Of a stretch of 52,788 nt of DNA, positions 8,620 through 16,711 are shown in pieces. A model generated the notes under the pieces. That model was not told the origin of the DNA and searched no databases. It saw only the letters and a list, made by a program, of their open reading frames with translations. This DNA comes from a virus (Duplodnaviria > Caudoviricetes). How positions within the stretch are numbered: position 1 is the stretch's first letter; the number at the start of each line of letters is the position of its first letter. The position numbers and the translations under genes are program-made. The stretch is taken from the IMG/VR virus record IMGVR_UViG_3300030061_000976, positions 1 to 52,788 of that record; one strand, given 5' to 3'.

Positions 8620-8919
8620 ATGGCAAAGAAATTAGAAGAGAAATCAACCTTCAACGATCTAGATGTCGATGGGGACGGAGTAGTAAGCGATAGAGAGCTT
8701 GCAATCGTTGAAGCTCACGACAATCACCGGAAGTACAAGGTTCAAGAAAGAATTGTAATATCAACAGCGATATCTATGTTTGCGTTTACGCTTGCTATGT
8801 TCTTTATGGATAACTCTAAGATAAGCGCGATGTCAGGCTTGAGTAATTTATTCTACGTCTCGGGCGGGGGTATTATCGCTGCCTTCTTTGGTTTCCAAGC
8901 CATCAAACCTAAAAAGTAG
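8620..8919 (+). CDS. Small EF-hand-loop protein with two TM helices
   Basis: DVDGDGVVSDRE (Dx[DN]xDG Ca-binding loop) followed by two hydrophobic segments. Confidence 0.65.
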   Translation: MAKKLEEKSTFNDLDVDGDGVVSDRELAIVEAHDNHRKYKVQERIVISTAISMFAFTLAMFFMDNSKISAMSGLSNLFYVSGGGIIAAFFGFQAIKPKK

Positions 8920-9078
8920 TGTCTGTCGGGCCAGCATGCAGTAATATGCCGCCGCTGGCCCTTCAGATATCTCAGCTACAGCTATTAATTCTTCTAAGCC
9001 CTTTTCCAATTGATCAACGCGCTGTTGTAGCTGTCGTATCTGTTCCATTCTGCGGTACGCCATAGAGTCAATCATCAT
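8848..9078 (-). CDS. Hypothetical coiled-coil protein
   Basis: ATG overlaps the oxygenase stop (ATGA); convergent overlap with 8620-8919. Confidence 0.45.
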   Translation of the reverse strand: MMIDSMAYRRMEQIRQLQQRVDQLEKGLEELIAVAEISEGPAAAYYCMLARQTLLFRFDGLETKEGSDNTPARDVE

Positions 9079-9659
9079 CGGAAACAGGGTCCAGACACCC
9101 AAGCAACTAAAGACCACCGCTCACCTTTGGTAATCGGCGTTATCCGGTGTGGTAGGAATGATGAGAAAGCAATCACATCACCTTTTTGAAAAGATATAGA
9201 TGAAACACCCTCTGAGAACATTTCAAAATCCCCGCCTTCATATTTATCATTTAGATTGATAATTATAGATATTTTTCGAAGTGATTCAGTGCCATTGGCT
9301 ATGTCAACGTGCCAATCATATCCATGAGACGGCGAGGTGTATTTAAGCAAAGCGCAGCTTTCAATCATTCCTGTTAGATTGTAGTTGAAGGTCTCATTGG
9401 CCTCAGCGACAATCTTACTAATGATTTCATTTGATAAAGCAACCGAGGGATGGTTAGTTCCTATAGGGTAGGCCATCACGTCTCTAATAGTTGAAACGAC
9501 TTCATATGCTCCGTTTTGATTGCCGACCTTAGCAGAAATGGGCTTTATGTTTTTTCGCAGATTGTAGAGGGAGTCGCAGATTTCATTTGAGATGCTATCA
9601 AGCTGCAAAACTCCATGAACAGTAGTATCTGTATTCGGTGGGCAGAAAAAAGACATCAA
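9075..9659 (-). CDS. 2OG-Fe(II) oxygenase (prolyl 4-hydroxylase-like)
   Basis: YDWHVD (HxD), YEGGDF, LPHRITPITKGERWSLV (distal H, RxS). Confidence 0.9.
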   Translation of the reverse strand: MMSFFCPPNTDTTVHGVLQLDSISNEICDSLYNLRKNIKPISAKVGNQNGAYEVVSTIRDVMAYPIGTNHPSVALSNEIISKIVAEANETFNYNLTGMIESCALLKYTSPSHGYDWHVDIANGTESLRKISIIINLNDKYEGGDFEMFSEGVSSISFQKGDVIAFSSFLPHRITPITKGERWSLVAWVSGPCFR

Positions 9660-9684
9660 GGCTATCCCTCGTTACCTTGATGTC
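9646..9684 (-). terminator. Intrinsic terminator-like hairpin overlapping the oxygenase start
   Basis: GACATCAAGG-N13-CCTTGATGTC perfect 10-bp stem followed by T6 on the minus strand. Confidence 0.65.
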
Positions 9685-9760
9685 ATCTGTAGCACACAGG
9701 AGCGCCGCAGATGGAAATCCACGGCTAGAGCGCGATTGGAGTCGTTATGAGGGCCGCGCT
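9646..9760 (-). ncRNA. Candidate structured sRNA with anti-RBS seed CUCCUGUGUGCUAC
   Basis: Three hairpins; seed complementary to the phage's repeated CACACAGGAG leaders; ends in a terminator. Confidence 0.4.
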
Positions 9761-9906
9761 TCATCGGTTGTTTCCTTAGACCACTCTTTGATTCTTTCAA
9801 TAGAGACGTTGTGATCAAGACATAGTTGAGTTAGAAATGATATAGCTTTTTCGTCATTTCGTTTGCAAGCATCAATTAACATATCTTTTATGAGACTTTT
9901 TTGCAT
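9745..9906 (-). CDS. Hypothetical protein (53 aa, MQKSLIKDMLIDACK...)
   Basis: Translated by hand; fills the gap in the minus-strand operon. Confidence 0.5.
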   Translation of the reverse strand: MQKSLIKDMLIDACKRNDEKAISFLTQLCLDHNVSIERIKEWSKETTDEARPS

Positions 9907-10211
9907 TCCAGAATTTCTTTCATTCGTGCGTAGATGTCTTTGGCCTCTCGAACGTCTTCTAGGGCTTTGTTAGCAATCTCTTGTATAGCCGAGCGGTAAT
10001 CGTCCACCGTTTGTATGCGCCTAAAAGCGTCCTGTGCCATAAGCGCAGATGTAGAGTCGTTAATGTCATCCTCATCAATAGTACAGAAATTTATAGAATC
10101 GGCTATCTCTATAGCTAAATTGGGCCATCGTGATACTAGATGCGTTGCGAACTCATGTCGCTCATTGTGGCTCATTCTGGCTATATGCTCAACTAAGTCC
10201 TCTTTGCTCAT
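9888..10211 (-). CDS. Hypothetical protein
   Basis: Likely start MSKEDLVEH within track ORF 9888-10355. Confidence 0.55.
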   Translation of the reverse strand: MSKEDLVEHIARMSHNERHEFATHLVSRWPNLAIEIADSINFCTIDEDDINDSTSALMAQDAFRRIQTVDDYRSAIQEIANKALEDVREAKDIYARMKEILECKKVS

Positions 10212-10222
10212 ACCGCCCCCCA

Positions 10223-10339
10223 TCATACTGGAGCCGGGGCGGTCATAGCTGCCATAAACAGCCATGCAATGTAGATAGTACCAAACAGTCCGATCAGGGC
10301 CGCTAGTTCTAGGGTAAAGGTAAGTGCTTTTTTCATCAT
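10223..10339 (-). CDS. Small single-TM peptide (38 aa, MMKKALTFTLELAALIGLFGTIYIAWLFM...)
   Basis: GCACACAGGAG RBS directly upstream; hydrophobic helix. Confidence 0.6.
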   Translation of the reverse strand: MMKKALTFTLELAALIGLFGTIYIAWLFMAAMTAPAPV

Positions 10340-10461
10340 GTTCTCCTGTGTGCAAATCTTGGTGCGAGGGCTTCTAGTGAGGGCGCCTCGCAAACCCGCT
10401 AACGTCTTAGTTTAGAGCCGTTTGTTAGCCTAACCACGTTTATACTCGTTCGGCTTGAAAA

Positions 10462-10668
10462 TTAAGTTTCAGCGCAATCCTTCTCTTCCCACAGTGCGCC
10501 ATCAGATCGTAATTCTACCCACAAATCTCTGGCTTCCTGTTTAGTAAATCTGCCCTGTAAGCCAAGTTCTCCAGTTCGGGCTGTTGACCAAACCTCAACG
10601 CCATCACTATCAGGCTTGAACATCCAAAGGTTATCAGTTGTTTCAAGGGTGTGCGTTGTTCTTGCCAT
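10462..10668 (-). CDS. Hypothetical early protein
   Basis: Near-consensus promoter and CACACAGGAG RBS upstream. Confidence 0.7.
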   Translation of the reverse strand: MARTTHTLETTDNLWMFKPDSDGVEVWSTARTGELGLQGRFTKQEARDLWVELRSDGALWEEKDCAET

Positions 10669-10702
10669 CTTATTTCTCCTGTGTGTTCGTTGCTACACAA
10701 GG

Positions 10703-10731
10703 AATATAGGAGATGCCGGACACTGTGTCAA
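10703..10731 (-). promoter_or_regulatory. Sigma70-type promoter with GACA-N3-TGTC box
   Basis: TTGACA-cagtgtccggcatctcc(17)-TATATT. Confidence 0.8.
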
Positions 10732-10734
10732 TGA

Positions 10735-10989
10735 TTATTTCCCTATAAACCAAAGATATTTTTCAACATCAGCGTGACATGATTTGCACTGCAATGTTGA
10801 CCAACCGAAGTGTCGGACTAAAGTTTTTGCTCCACATTCAGGACAAAATATCTCTTTCCCTTTTTTGCCTGCATGACACCATTTCGGCACCCTCTGGAAA
10901 AATCTGAGATCAGGGTTCCATTGCTGCATCTCTGCTATGTATTTTGATTTCTTTCTCGCGCCAAGACGGCTTAACAACCACTCAAGCAT
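10735..10989 (-). CDS. Zn-ribbon protein
   Basis: CPEC...CKSC. Confidence 0.6.
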   Translation of the reverse strand: MLEWLLSRLGARKKSKYIAEMQQWNPDLRFFQRVPKWCHAGKKGKEIFCPECGAKTLVRHFGWSTLQCKSCHADVEKYLWFIGK

Positions 10990-11212
10990 TATCTTCAGCC
11001 CATTCTTTTGAGAGGATGCGTTTGCGGTCATCCCAGATTTGTTTGATGCCTCTAATGAAAATCTCGCTTTTGGTTTTGTTGGCTATGCGCCGTTCAAAGT
11101 ATGGGACAAACAGAACTGGAACGTACATTCCTGCACCATCTTGAGCATAGAACTCGCGTCCCCAGACAGGTTTCTTTCCGTAACTCTCAGATGCTTTTGT
11201 AATGTCATACAT
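10982..11212 (-). CDS. Hypothetical protein
   Basis: GGAGG RBS before MYDITK. Confidence 0.5.
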   Translation of the reverse strand: MYDITKASESYGKKPVWGREFYAQDGAGMYVPVLFVPYFERRIANKTKSEIFIRGIKQIWDDRKRILSKEWAEDNA

Positions 11213-11262
11213 AATTTCCTCCAAAATGACGACGATCCTCATTGACGGTCCCAAGCCAATGC

Positions 11263-11715
11263 TCACTCTTCAAATGAACCGAATCCGTAAGGGTGAAATA
11301 AATCAGGTGTTTTTAACACCCACAAATGATCTTCTTCGCCCCACGGGATAGCTCTGTTTTCATGTGGGTATAGCTCAACTGCTTCATGATCATTGCCGAC
11401 CACTACGTTTTTGATATCTTGCTTATCAACCCATGATATCGGCATTCCATCAAATCGACTTATAGCCAACCATATAAGGGTATCTTTGATTAAATCTAAA
11501 AATAGTGGGTTGTGTCTGTGCGGCATGTCCTTAATAGAGTCTCGCCGGATACATTGATAGTTGGCGTCAGAATAAAAGATCGCATTGCAGCGACTCTTCC
11601 ATTCCGCTTTCATCATATCGTTTGATATCTCAGGCGCTTTCATCATAACCAAGCGAACTTCTAGATCAGCCTTGAAAATATCAAAGTTTGGCGTTGGATT
11701 AGGTATTTTTTTCAT
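11263..11715 (-). CDS. Conserved phage protein (DUF7694-like)
   Basis: W.DKQDIKN..VG...EAVELYP...R......HLWVL. Confidence 0.6.
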   Translation of the reverse strand: MKKIPNPTPNFDIFKADLEVRLVMMKAPEISNDMMKAEWKSRCNAIFYSDANYQCIRRDSIKDMPHRHNPLFLDLIKDTLIWLAISRFDGMPISWVDKQDIKNVVVGNDHEAVELYPHENRAIPWGEEDHLWVLKTPDLFHPYGFGSFEE

Positions 11716-11930
11716 ATTGGGATGATGTCCAAGGCTTCAGGATAGTCTGCCCAAGCATCCACCTTTGAGTCATAAAGTTCATAATACTCTGAATGCCCAG
11801 AACCCTCACATTCATCGCAAGTTTTGTCTCTACTAGCGGGATCATTTGGGTGGCGGTCACTGACAACGCCTTGGGTGTCGCAAGCATCGCATGGTGCGAT
11901 AATTTTAAAATTGTGTATTGAATCTAACAT
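11712..11930 (-). CDS. Zn-finger protein (DnaJ-like CxxCxGxG)
   Basis: CDACDTQG and CDECEGSG; ACAGGAG RBS. Confidence 0.65.
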   Translation of the reverse strand: MLDSIHNFKIIAPCDACDTQGVVSDRHPNDPASRDKTCDECEGSGHSEYYELYDSKVDAWADYPEALDIIPI

Positions 11931-11956
11931 TAGCTTTCTCCTGTTGTGCAAAAGTT

Positions 11957-11998
11957 ATTATACACACAAATTTGATTGAATCAACCCTTATTTGGGGT
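11957..11998 (-). promoter_or_regulatory. Promoter TTGATT-16-TATAAT with upstream ACCCCAAATAAGGGT box
   Basis: Perfect -10 preceded by TGTG; leads to GCACAACAGGAG RBS. Confidence 0.6.
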
Positions 11999-12194
11999 GT
12001 ATATCAATTTCATATCCTAGCTCATTAAGCCACTTCTCGACTGTTTTGATGCTAGGGGAGCTTTTTCCTTCTTCAAAATTGTGTATTGTATTGGCTGCTG
12101 TCCCGGTAAGACCCGCCAGAGCTTTTTGCGATAGTTTTGATTCTATTCGCAATGCCTTGAACTCAACTTGCATCCAATCTTTTTGCTTGCTCAT
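11988..12194 (-). CDS. XRE-family HTH transcriptional regulator
   Basis: LRIESKLSQKALAGLTGTAANTIHNFEEGKSSPS. Confidence 0.85.
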   Translation of the reverse strand: MSKQKDWMQVEFKALRIESKLSQKALAGLTGTAANTIHNFEEGKSSPSIKTVEKWLNELGYEIDIHPK

Positions 12195-13090
12195 GCGGCT
12201 TCTAGTTCTTTCCATTTTGTTGAGCTAATCATGGATTTGACCTTTCGTTCCCGCTCTTCTTTCAATTTGAAATTACTTCTATCTTCAATGGAATCACGGC
12301 AATGAGTTGACCATGCGGTCGCGGCTTGGAAGGCGCACCACAAGGAACCCGAAGCTCCTGCGCGTCCGTAGTCACCGGACCCATGCAGTTGCTGAGCCTC
12401 AGATTGGAAGTTTTCTGTGAGATGCGATAATTGCTTGATATTATGCTGACCTTCTCCAGCCATAATCTGCGCTTCAGTTTTGGGATACTTGACCAGAGTT
12501 TTCTTAAACAAATCTAACGCTTGCTCGTCACTGACCGGTGTGTTCCACCATTTCTCAAATAACGGCTTATCAGATAATACAGCTTCAGCGGCTACTCGAA
12601 TTTTTTTAACGGCGGATGCAGAGTCAAATCTTGCTGTATGTCTGTTGGCAGAATAAGACAGTTTTTGACCGCTAACTAGCGTATTGAAGCAGACGCTATT
12701 CATCCAACCAAAAAACGATTGGTATTTCCACACCTGATTGTAACTATTTCTAGCTACATATTTTAGGTATAGATCGTGATCGCCAATCTTCATGTGATGG
12801 CTTTTGAACAACACTTCTATGGATGCCATAGCCCCATCATTGATTGAATCAACTTGCATCTCAACATTATCCATATCAATGCCGGTGCCATCTATAGCTT
12901 CCAGTGATGTCACAAACGCATCTGTGTGCGATATGGGTTTATATCTTGACTTGTGAATAGCAATTGGAGTGGCGGGGGCGCGGTCCGTCCGCACAAGCTG
13001 TCTACCCATGTGTTCGGGTATTCCTGATATATTTCTCATTTCTACAGGGAAGCGAAGCGGCTGCAATTGTTGCAATAGTTCTTGATTCAT
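12191..13090 (-). CDS. DUF932/DUF945-family phage/plasmid protein
   Basis: RTD...HKSRYKPISH, NSYN, VCFNTLV, SLWCAFQAATAWSTH. Confidence 0.7.
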   Translation of the reverse strand: MNQELLQQLQPLRFPVEMRNISGIPEHMGRQLVRTDRAPATPIAIHKSRYKPISHTDAFVTSLEAIDGTGIDMDNVEMQVDSINDGAMASIEVLFKSHHMKIGDHDLYLKYVARNSYNQVWKYQSFFGWMNSVCFNTLVSGQKLSYSANRHTARFDSASAVKKIRVAAEAVLSDKPLFEKWWNTPVSDEQALDLFKKTLVKYPKTEAQIMAGEGQHNIKQLSHLTENFQSEAQQLHGSGDYGRAGASGSLWCAFQAATAWSTHCRDSIEDRSNFKLKEERERKVKSMISSTKWKELEAA

Positions 13091-13100
13091 TTTGTCACCT

Positions 13101-13406
13101 TTACCAGTTGATAATTGAATGTCCACGATTGGACAGGCATTTGGCCATTGGATTGTATCCTTCGGGAACAGACCCCTTACCGCAATCTGTCCAGCATACA
13201 TTTATACCCAGAAAACGAAAATTATTTCTTTCGTATACTGGAGTGCCGCCGTATTCATCAGCTTTGGTTATCAGCCTTTCACACTCCATTTGATCGCGTA
13301 TGATTTCTTTTGGTTCTTTAGAGCCGCGTGGATCAACCACAGGCTCCCATTTTGAAGCGCACCCCGTTAGTGCTACGCATGCTATGATTACTAAGGGTCT
13401 TAGCAT
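13101..13406 (-). CDS. Lipoprotein
   Basis: MLRPLVIIACVALTGC lipobox; PVVD...D..EC and CL..RGH motifs. Confidence 0.7.
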   Translation of the reverse strand: MLRPLVIIACVALTGCASKWEPVVDPRGSKEPKEIIRDQMECERLITKADEYGGTPVYERNNFRFLGINVCWTDCGKGSVPEGYNPMAKCLSNRGHSIINW

Positions 13407-13741
13407 GGTGGGTCTTCTTTTAGCCGCCACACTTTGATATCCCGAGCATGGGCAGACACTTTTTTAGATTTCACATAGCTACCTGTGAAATTCCAATCAT
13501 TAGCTTTGAATATTGATCCCGCAGCATTTCCTAGATCGCTGTAAGTGTAACCCCTATCAGTCATGACCTTGGCTACATCATCAGCGGTGCAGATTCCGAA
13601 TCCTTGATGCTTCGCGTACCAAATAGCGCAATCACGCGCTACCTTTAGCAACTCATTGCGGCTATTAGCAGCGGTTGCCATGCCTTTTTCTTTTAGGTGT
13701 TTAGCTTCTATGAAATCAAAAATGTTTGGCTGTTCATTCAT
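13400..13741 (-). CDS. Hypothetical protein (possible winged helix)
   Basis: 113-aa ORF coupled to neighbours. Confidence 0.6.
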   Translation of the reverse strand: MNEQPNIFDFIEAKHLKEKGMATAANSRNELLKVARDCAIWYAKHQGFGICTADDVAKVMTDRGYTYSDLGNAAGSIFKANDWNFTGSYVKSKKVSAHARDIKVWRLKEDPPC

Positions 13742-14895
13742 TATCTATTGCTCCTGTGCTGAAGTACAAAGTCCTTGGTTATGGTTCCTAGCTTGGGGTC
13801 TCCTCTTAAATGTGAATTAATCCATACTCTTTCGCCAGTTTTGTAGCGTCTCCAGTGACCTCTAACGCTATGCTGCCGGCGGCTACTTTCATTCATTTCT
13901 CCAAAGCCTTTGGGCGTTATCGTTACGCCCTGCCATTTAGGAAGATCAAGCGCCACTTCGATATGAGAGTGTCCTTTGTTGAACTTCCCGTATTTGTAAA
14001 GTCTGCCGCTTGACTCACGCGGTGTTTTTACAACCCAATCGTAGTTCAAGAGCGCCATAACGGTTATCAGGAAACGAGAGTCACCTCTTGTCATGGCCAT
14101 TCCGGTTTTGCTCAGATTTCTTATTCCATCTTCTGTCCAAGGCATATGGAACTGTGGGTAGAAAACGGCCCCGGCTCCTTGAATTAGCCTAATGTGGTTC
14201 AACAGCTTTTCTAGTGATGGTTTGTCATTATATCCTTCTTTTTTTACCCACCATTCACCAAGACCATCAATTGTGGCTAAGATTTCTTGCGTGCGTGCGC
14301 TCTCTGCTTCTTCATTAGTTGCTTCAGTGCCAGTGTAATCTTTTAAGAATCTCCTGTGATCTTCTAGGGTAAAGCCACTTGTCTCAGATAACACAGCAAA
14401 TTGAATCGAGAGCGGCGATGTCGTTGTGAGATTTTTATATTGTCCGTCAAACCCAATGAACGGGTTGGCTATAATTGATTCTTGTGTGTGCGGAGTATAA
14501 CCCTCGTCATAATGCAAGAGGTATCCGACGTTATCAGCAAGGTTTTCCCAATCAGGCTCTCGCACCTTTACCTCAAAATCACTTCTTCCTCCGATTTCTA
14601 CCATTGCTTTTTGTCTGGCAACTTCATTCCATTCAACCCAAACGAAATCATGCGGCAAGCGGAAAAGCTCATATTGTGATAGCAAGTCTGATGCACTTGC
14701 CCTCATAGATGCTTCCAAAGCAAAGGCGGTGAAATCATCATCCAGAACAAACCGGCTAGATGATCTCATCGTTTTTTTCAAATCTGCACTATGTTTAGAT
14801 AGCTTGGAGTTGTGTTTTAGGCTTTTGGCGCTATGTATCCCCTTAGTTGGATTACCAAGGGCTGCTATTACATCATCTGCAAAATGAAAGGTCAT
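13741..14895 (-). CDS. Conserved phage protein with C-terminal HxVRGHWR motif
   Basis: RQHSVRGHWRRY...VWINSHLRGDPKLG; has its own promoter and RBS. Confidence 0.75.
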   Translation of the reverse strand: MTFHFADDVIAALGNPTKGIHSAKSLKHNSKLSKHSADLKKTMRSSSRFVLDDDFTAFALEASMRASASDLLSQYELFRLPHDFVWVEWNEVARQKAMVEIGGRSDFEVKVREPDWENLADNVGYLLHYDEGYTPHTQESIIANPFIGFDGQYKNLTTTSPLSIQFAVLSETSGFTLEDHRRFLKDYTGTEATNEEAESARTQEILATIDGLGEWWVKKEGYNDKPSLEKLLNHIRLIQGAGAVFYPQFHMPWTEDGIRNLSKTGMAMTRGDSRFLITVMALLNYDWVVKTPRESSGRLYKYGKFNKGHSHIEVALDLPKWQGVTITPKGFGEMNESSRRQHSVRGHWRRYKTGERVWINSHLRGDPKLGTITKDFVLQHRSNR

Positions 14896-14923
14896 AACTG
14901 TGTTCTCCTGCTGTGCAATTGTG

Positions 14924-14967
14924 CTTATAAAACAGAAGAGGACAGGGTGTCAACCCCTTTTTGTGGT
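14924..14967 (-). promoter_or_regulatory. Promoter carrying both the GACA-N3-TGTC and ACCACAAAAAGGGGT boxes
   Basis: ACCACAAAAAGGGG-TTGACA-ccctgtcc...TTATAAG. Confidence 0.7.
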
Positions 14968-14968
14968 T

Positions 14969-16711
14969 TTAGTCTGAATATGGCATTGGGGTTCTAACCG
15001 CAGCAGGGTTGTATTCGCGGTAACATTTGCGATTAGTGTCATACTCAAAAACAGCCTCGCCAAGGTTGCCGTAGTATCCTTGCTCTCGCACCTTCTTTGT
15101 GCAAACCACCGTCTTGCCTTCATCAAACAATCGATGAACAACAAGCCCAACATCAGCCATATTGTTCCAATGGGCGGCACCGCTGATGTCATACATACCC
15201 GGCACTGGGTAGCTACCATCGTCCTTTCGCATCATCTTGGCCGGGTGCGCCACAACCCACATAATAATCCCTTGGTTTCTACAGAACGCCTTACACGCTG
15301 AGATCAAATCTCTTATATGCTCGTCTTCGCGTTTTCCGGCGCTTCTGTTGGCGCTTATCTCATTATAGGGGTCTATAACCACCCCATTGATGCCATGCCG
15401 TATACAGGCCGCTCTAGCCTTTTCTAGGAGCCAATCAATCGTAGGCACACGGTCCTTACTCTCTATGAACTTGAAATGCTCATCTATAAAACTAACTGCG
15501 CCTTGCAAATCCTCTGGAGTCATGCGTTCAGATGGCCCCATATCAAAAGGTTTCTCTGTGTAAATCTCTGCCAGCCGCCTAATGTGATAGGTGCTGGAAT
15601 GCTCCGGTGAAAACAGAGCAAACTTCCAATTGTGTAGCTTGGCGGTGTTTATCAAAAGCTGGTCAATAAAATTAGACTTGCCGTGATTTGGTATCCCGGT
15701 CACTACATGGAAGGTAGCGGGTAGAAGGCGGTATATCGTATCAAGTTGCTCAAACCCGGTGCTAAAAGGTTTGACCTGTTTTCCGGCATACAAATCCCAT
15801 ACATCAGTAATGTAATCATTCGCCCTGTACACGCCGTCAATGGGGTAGTGCGTGGCGTTGTCTAAGCACTCGCGCAGCACCACCGCTCCGTGGTCAACTA
15901 AACATTCGTTGGCATCCTTGCACTGCACATCGTTGAGCGAAGGCCATTGAACCTTTAGGCACTTATCTTTGCCAAATCTGTGCGCCAGTTCAGCCGCTAG
16001 GGCTTGCCCTGCCTCATCCATATCTACAGCAATATAAACGCTTTTCATTTTTTCTAGCTTATCGCACTCCGCTAGAGCAGCAAATCGCTTGTCATCTTCA
16101 CGGTACTTCGCTTCCTTGGGAGCGCCGTCAGGTAAGGACACAGCATTTTTTATTCCAGCTTCCCAACAAGCCAGTACATCCATCTCACCCTCTACAAAGA
16201 TAATGCTGTCGCCTTCCACCGCATCAATGTTGAAAAGGGTTCGTTGGGCGTTAGCCTCTTGCTGAAACTGTTTGCTATGGGATCGGTATTTTACGTTTAC
16301 CACTTCGCCATCTAAGTGATACGGAAAGGCTACCGTTTCTTCTGGTCCATTGCCATAATTCTTCATGGCGGTAAAAATTCGGAAGGCTTCGGTGGTATCC
16401 TTGCTTATTTTGCGGTCAGCAAAAAAACTATCCATTTGGCTAGTTACCTTTAGCGCGTCAGGAACCCTTGGTTTTTTATAGGTCACTTTGATCTCCTGTG
16501 TGCGTTGGGAGCTTGGTATATTTCCGGCGTGTTCGCAGTTATGGCATAGCCACACCGCGCCGCCATCATTATCAATGGTAACAGAAAGGGGCTTGTCTAG
16601 CTTGTTTCTGCTCTTGCGAGTATATCGGCAGTTTGGGCAATATGTTTTGTAGTTGCCCGGTGTCGTGGTTCTAAGCTCAATGCCGTTCTCGCGCAGCTTC
16701 TCTGAAATCAT
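14969..16711 (-). CDS. T7 gp4/Twinkle-like DNA primase-helicase
   Basis: CPNC/CHNC Zn domain; TOPRIM (VEGEMD, DMD, KDANE); Walker A GIPNHGKS; VIDP; VAHP. Confidence 0.92.
   Translation of the reverse strand: MISEKLRENGIELRTTTPGNYKTYCPNCRYTRKSRNKLDKPLSVTIDNDGGAVWLCHNCEHAGNIPSSQRTQEIKVTYKKPRVPDALKVTSQMDSFFADRKISKDTTEAFRIFTAMKNYGNGPEETVAFPYHLDGEVVNVKYRSHSKQFQQEANAQRTLFNIDAVEGDSIIFVEGEMDVLACWEAGIKNAVSLPDGAPKEAKYREDDKRFAALAECDKLEKMKSVYIAVDMDEAGQALAAELAHRFGKDKCLKVQWPSLNDVQCKDANECLVDHGAVVLRECLDNATHYPIDGVYRANDYITDVWDLYAGKQVKPFSTGFEQLDTIYRLLPATFHVVTGIPNHGKSNFIDQLLINTAKLHNWKFALFSPEHSSTYHIRRLAEIYTEKPFDMGPSERMTPEDLQGAVSFIDEHFKFIESKDRVPTIDWLLEKARAACIRHGINGVVIDPYNEISANRSAGKREDEHIRDLISACKAFCRNQGIIMWVVAHPAKMMRKDDGSYPVPGMYDISGAAHWNNMADVGLVVHRLFDEGKTVVCTKKVREQGYYGNLGEAVFEYDTNRKCYREYNPAAVRTPMPYSD

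Noticed and set aside
10719-10729. GAC-N5-GTC restriction site (AhdI-type) as the explanation for the palindromes
   Set aside because: The five copies noted coincide with -35 boxes, which fits an operator better
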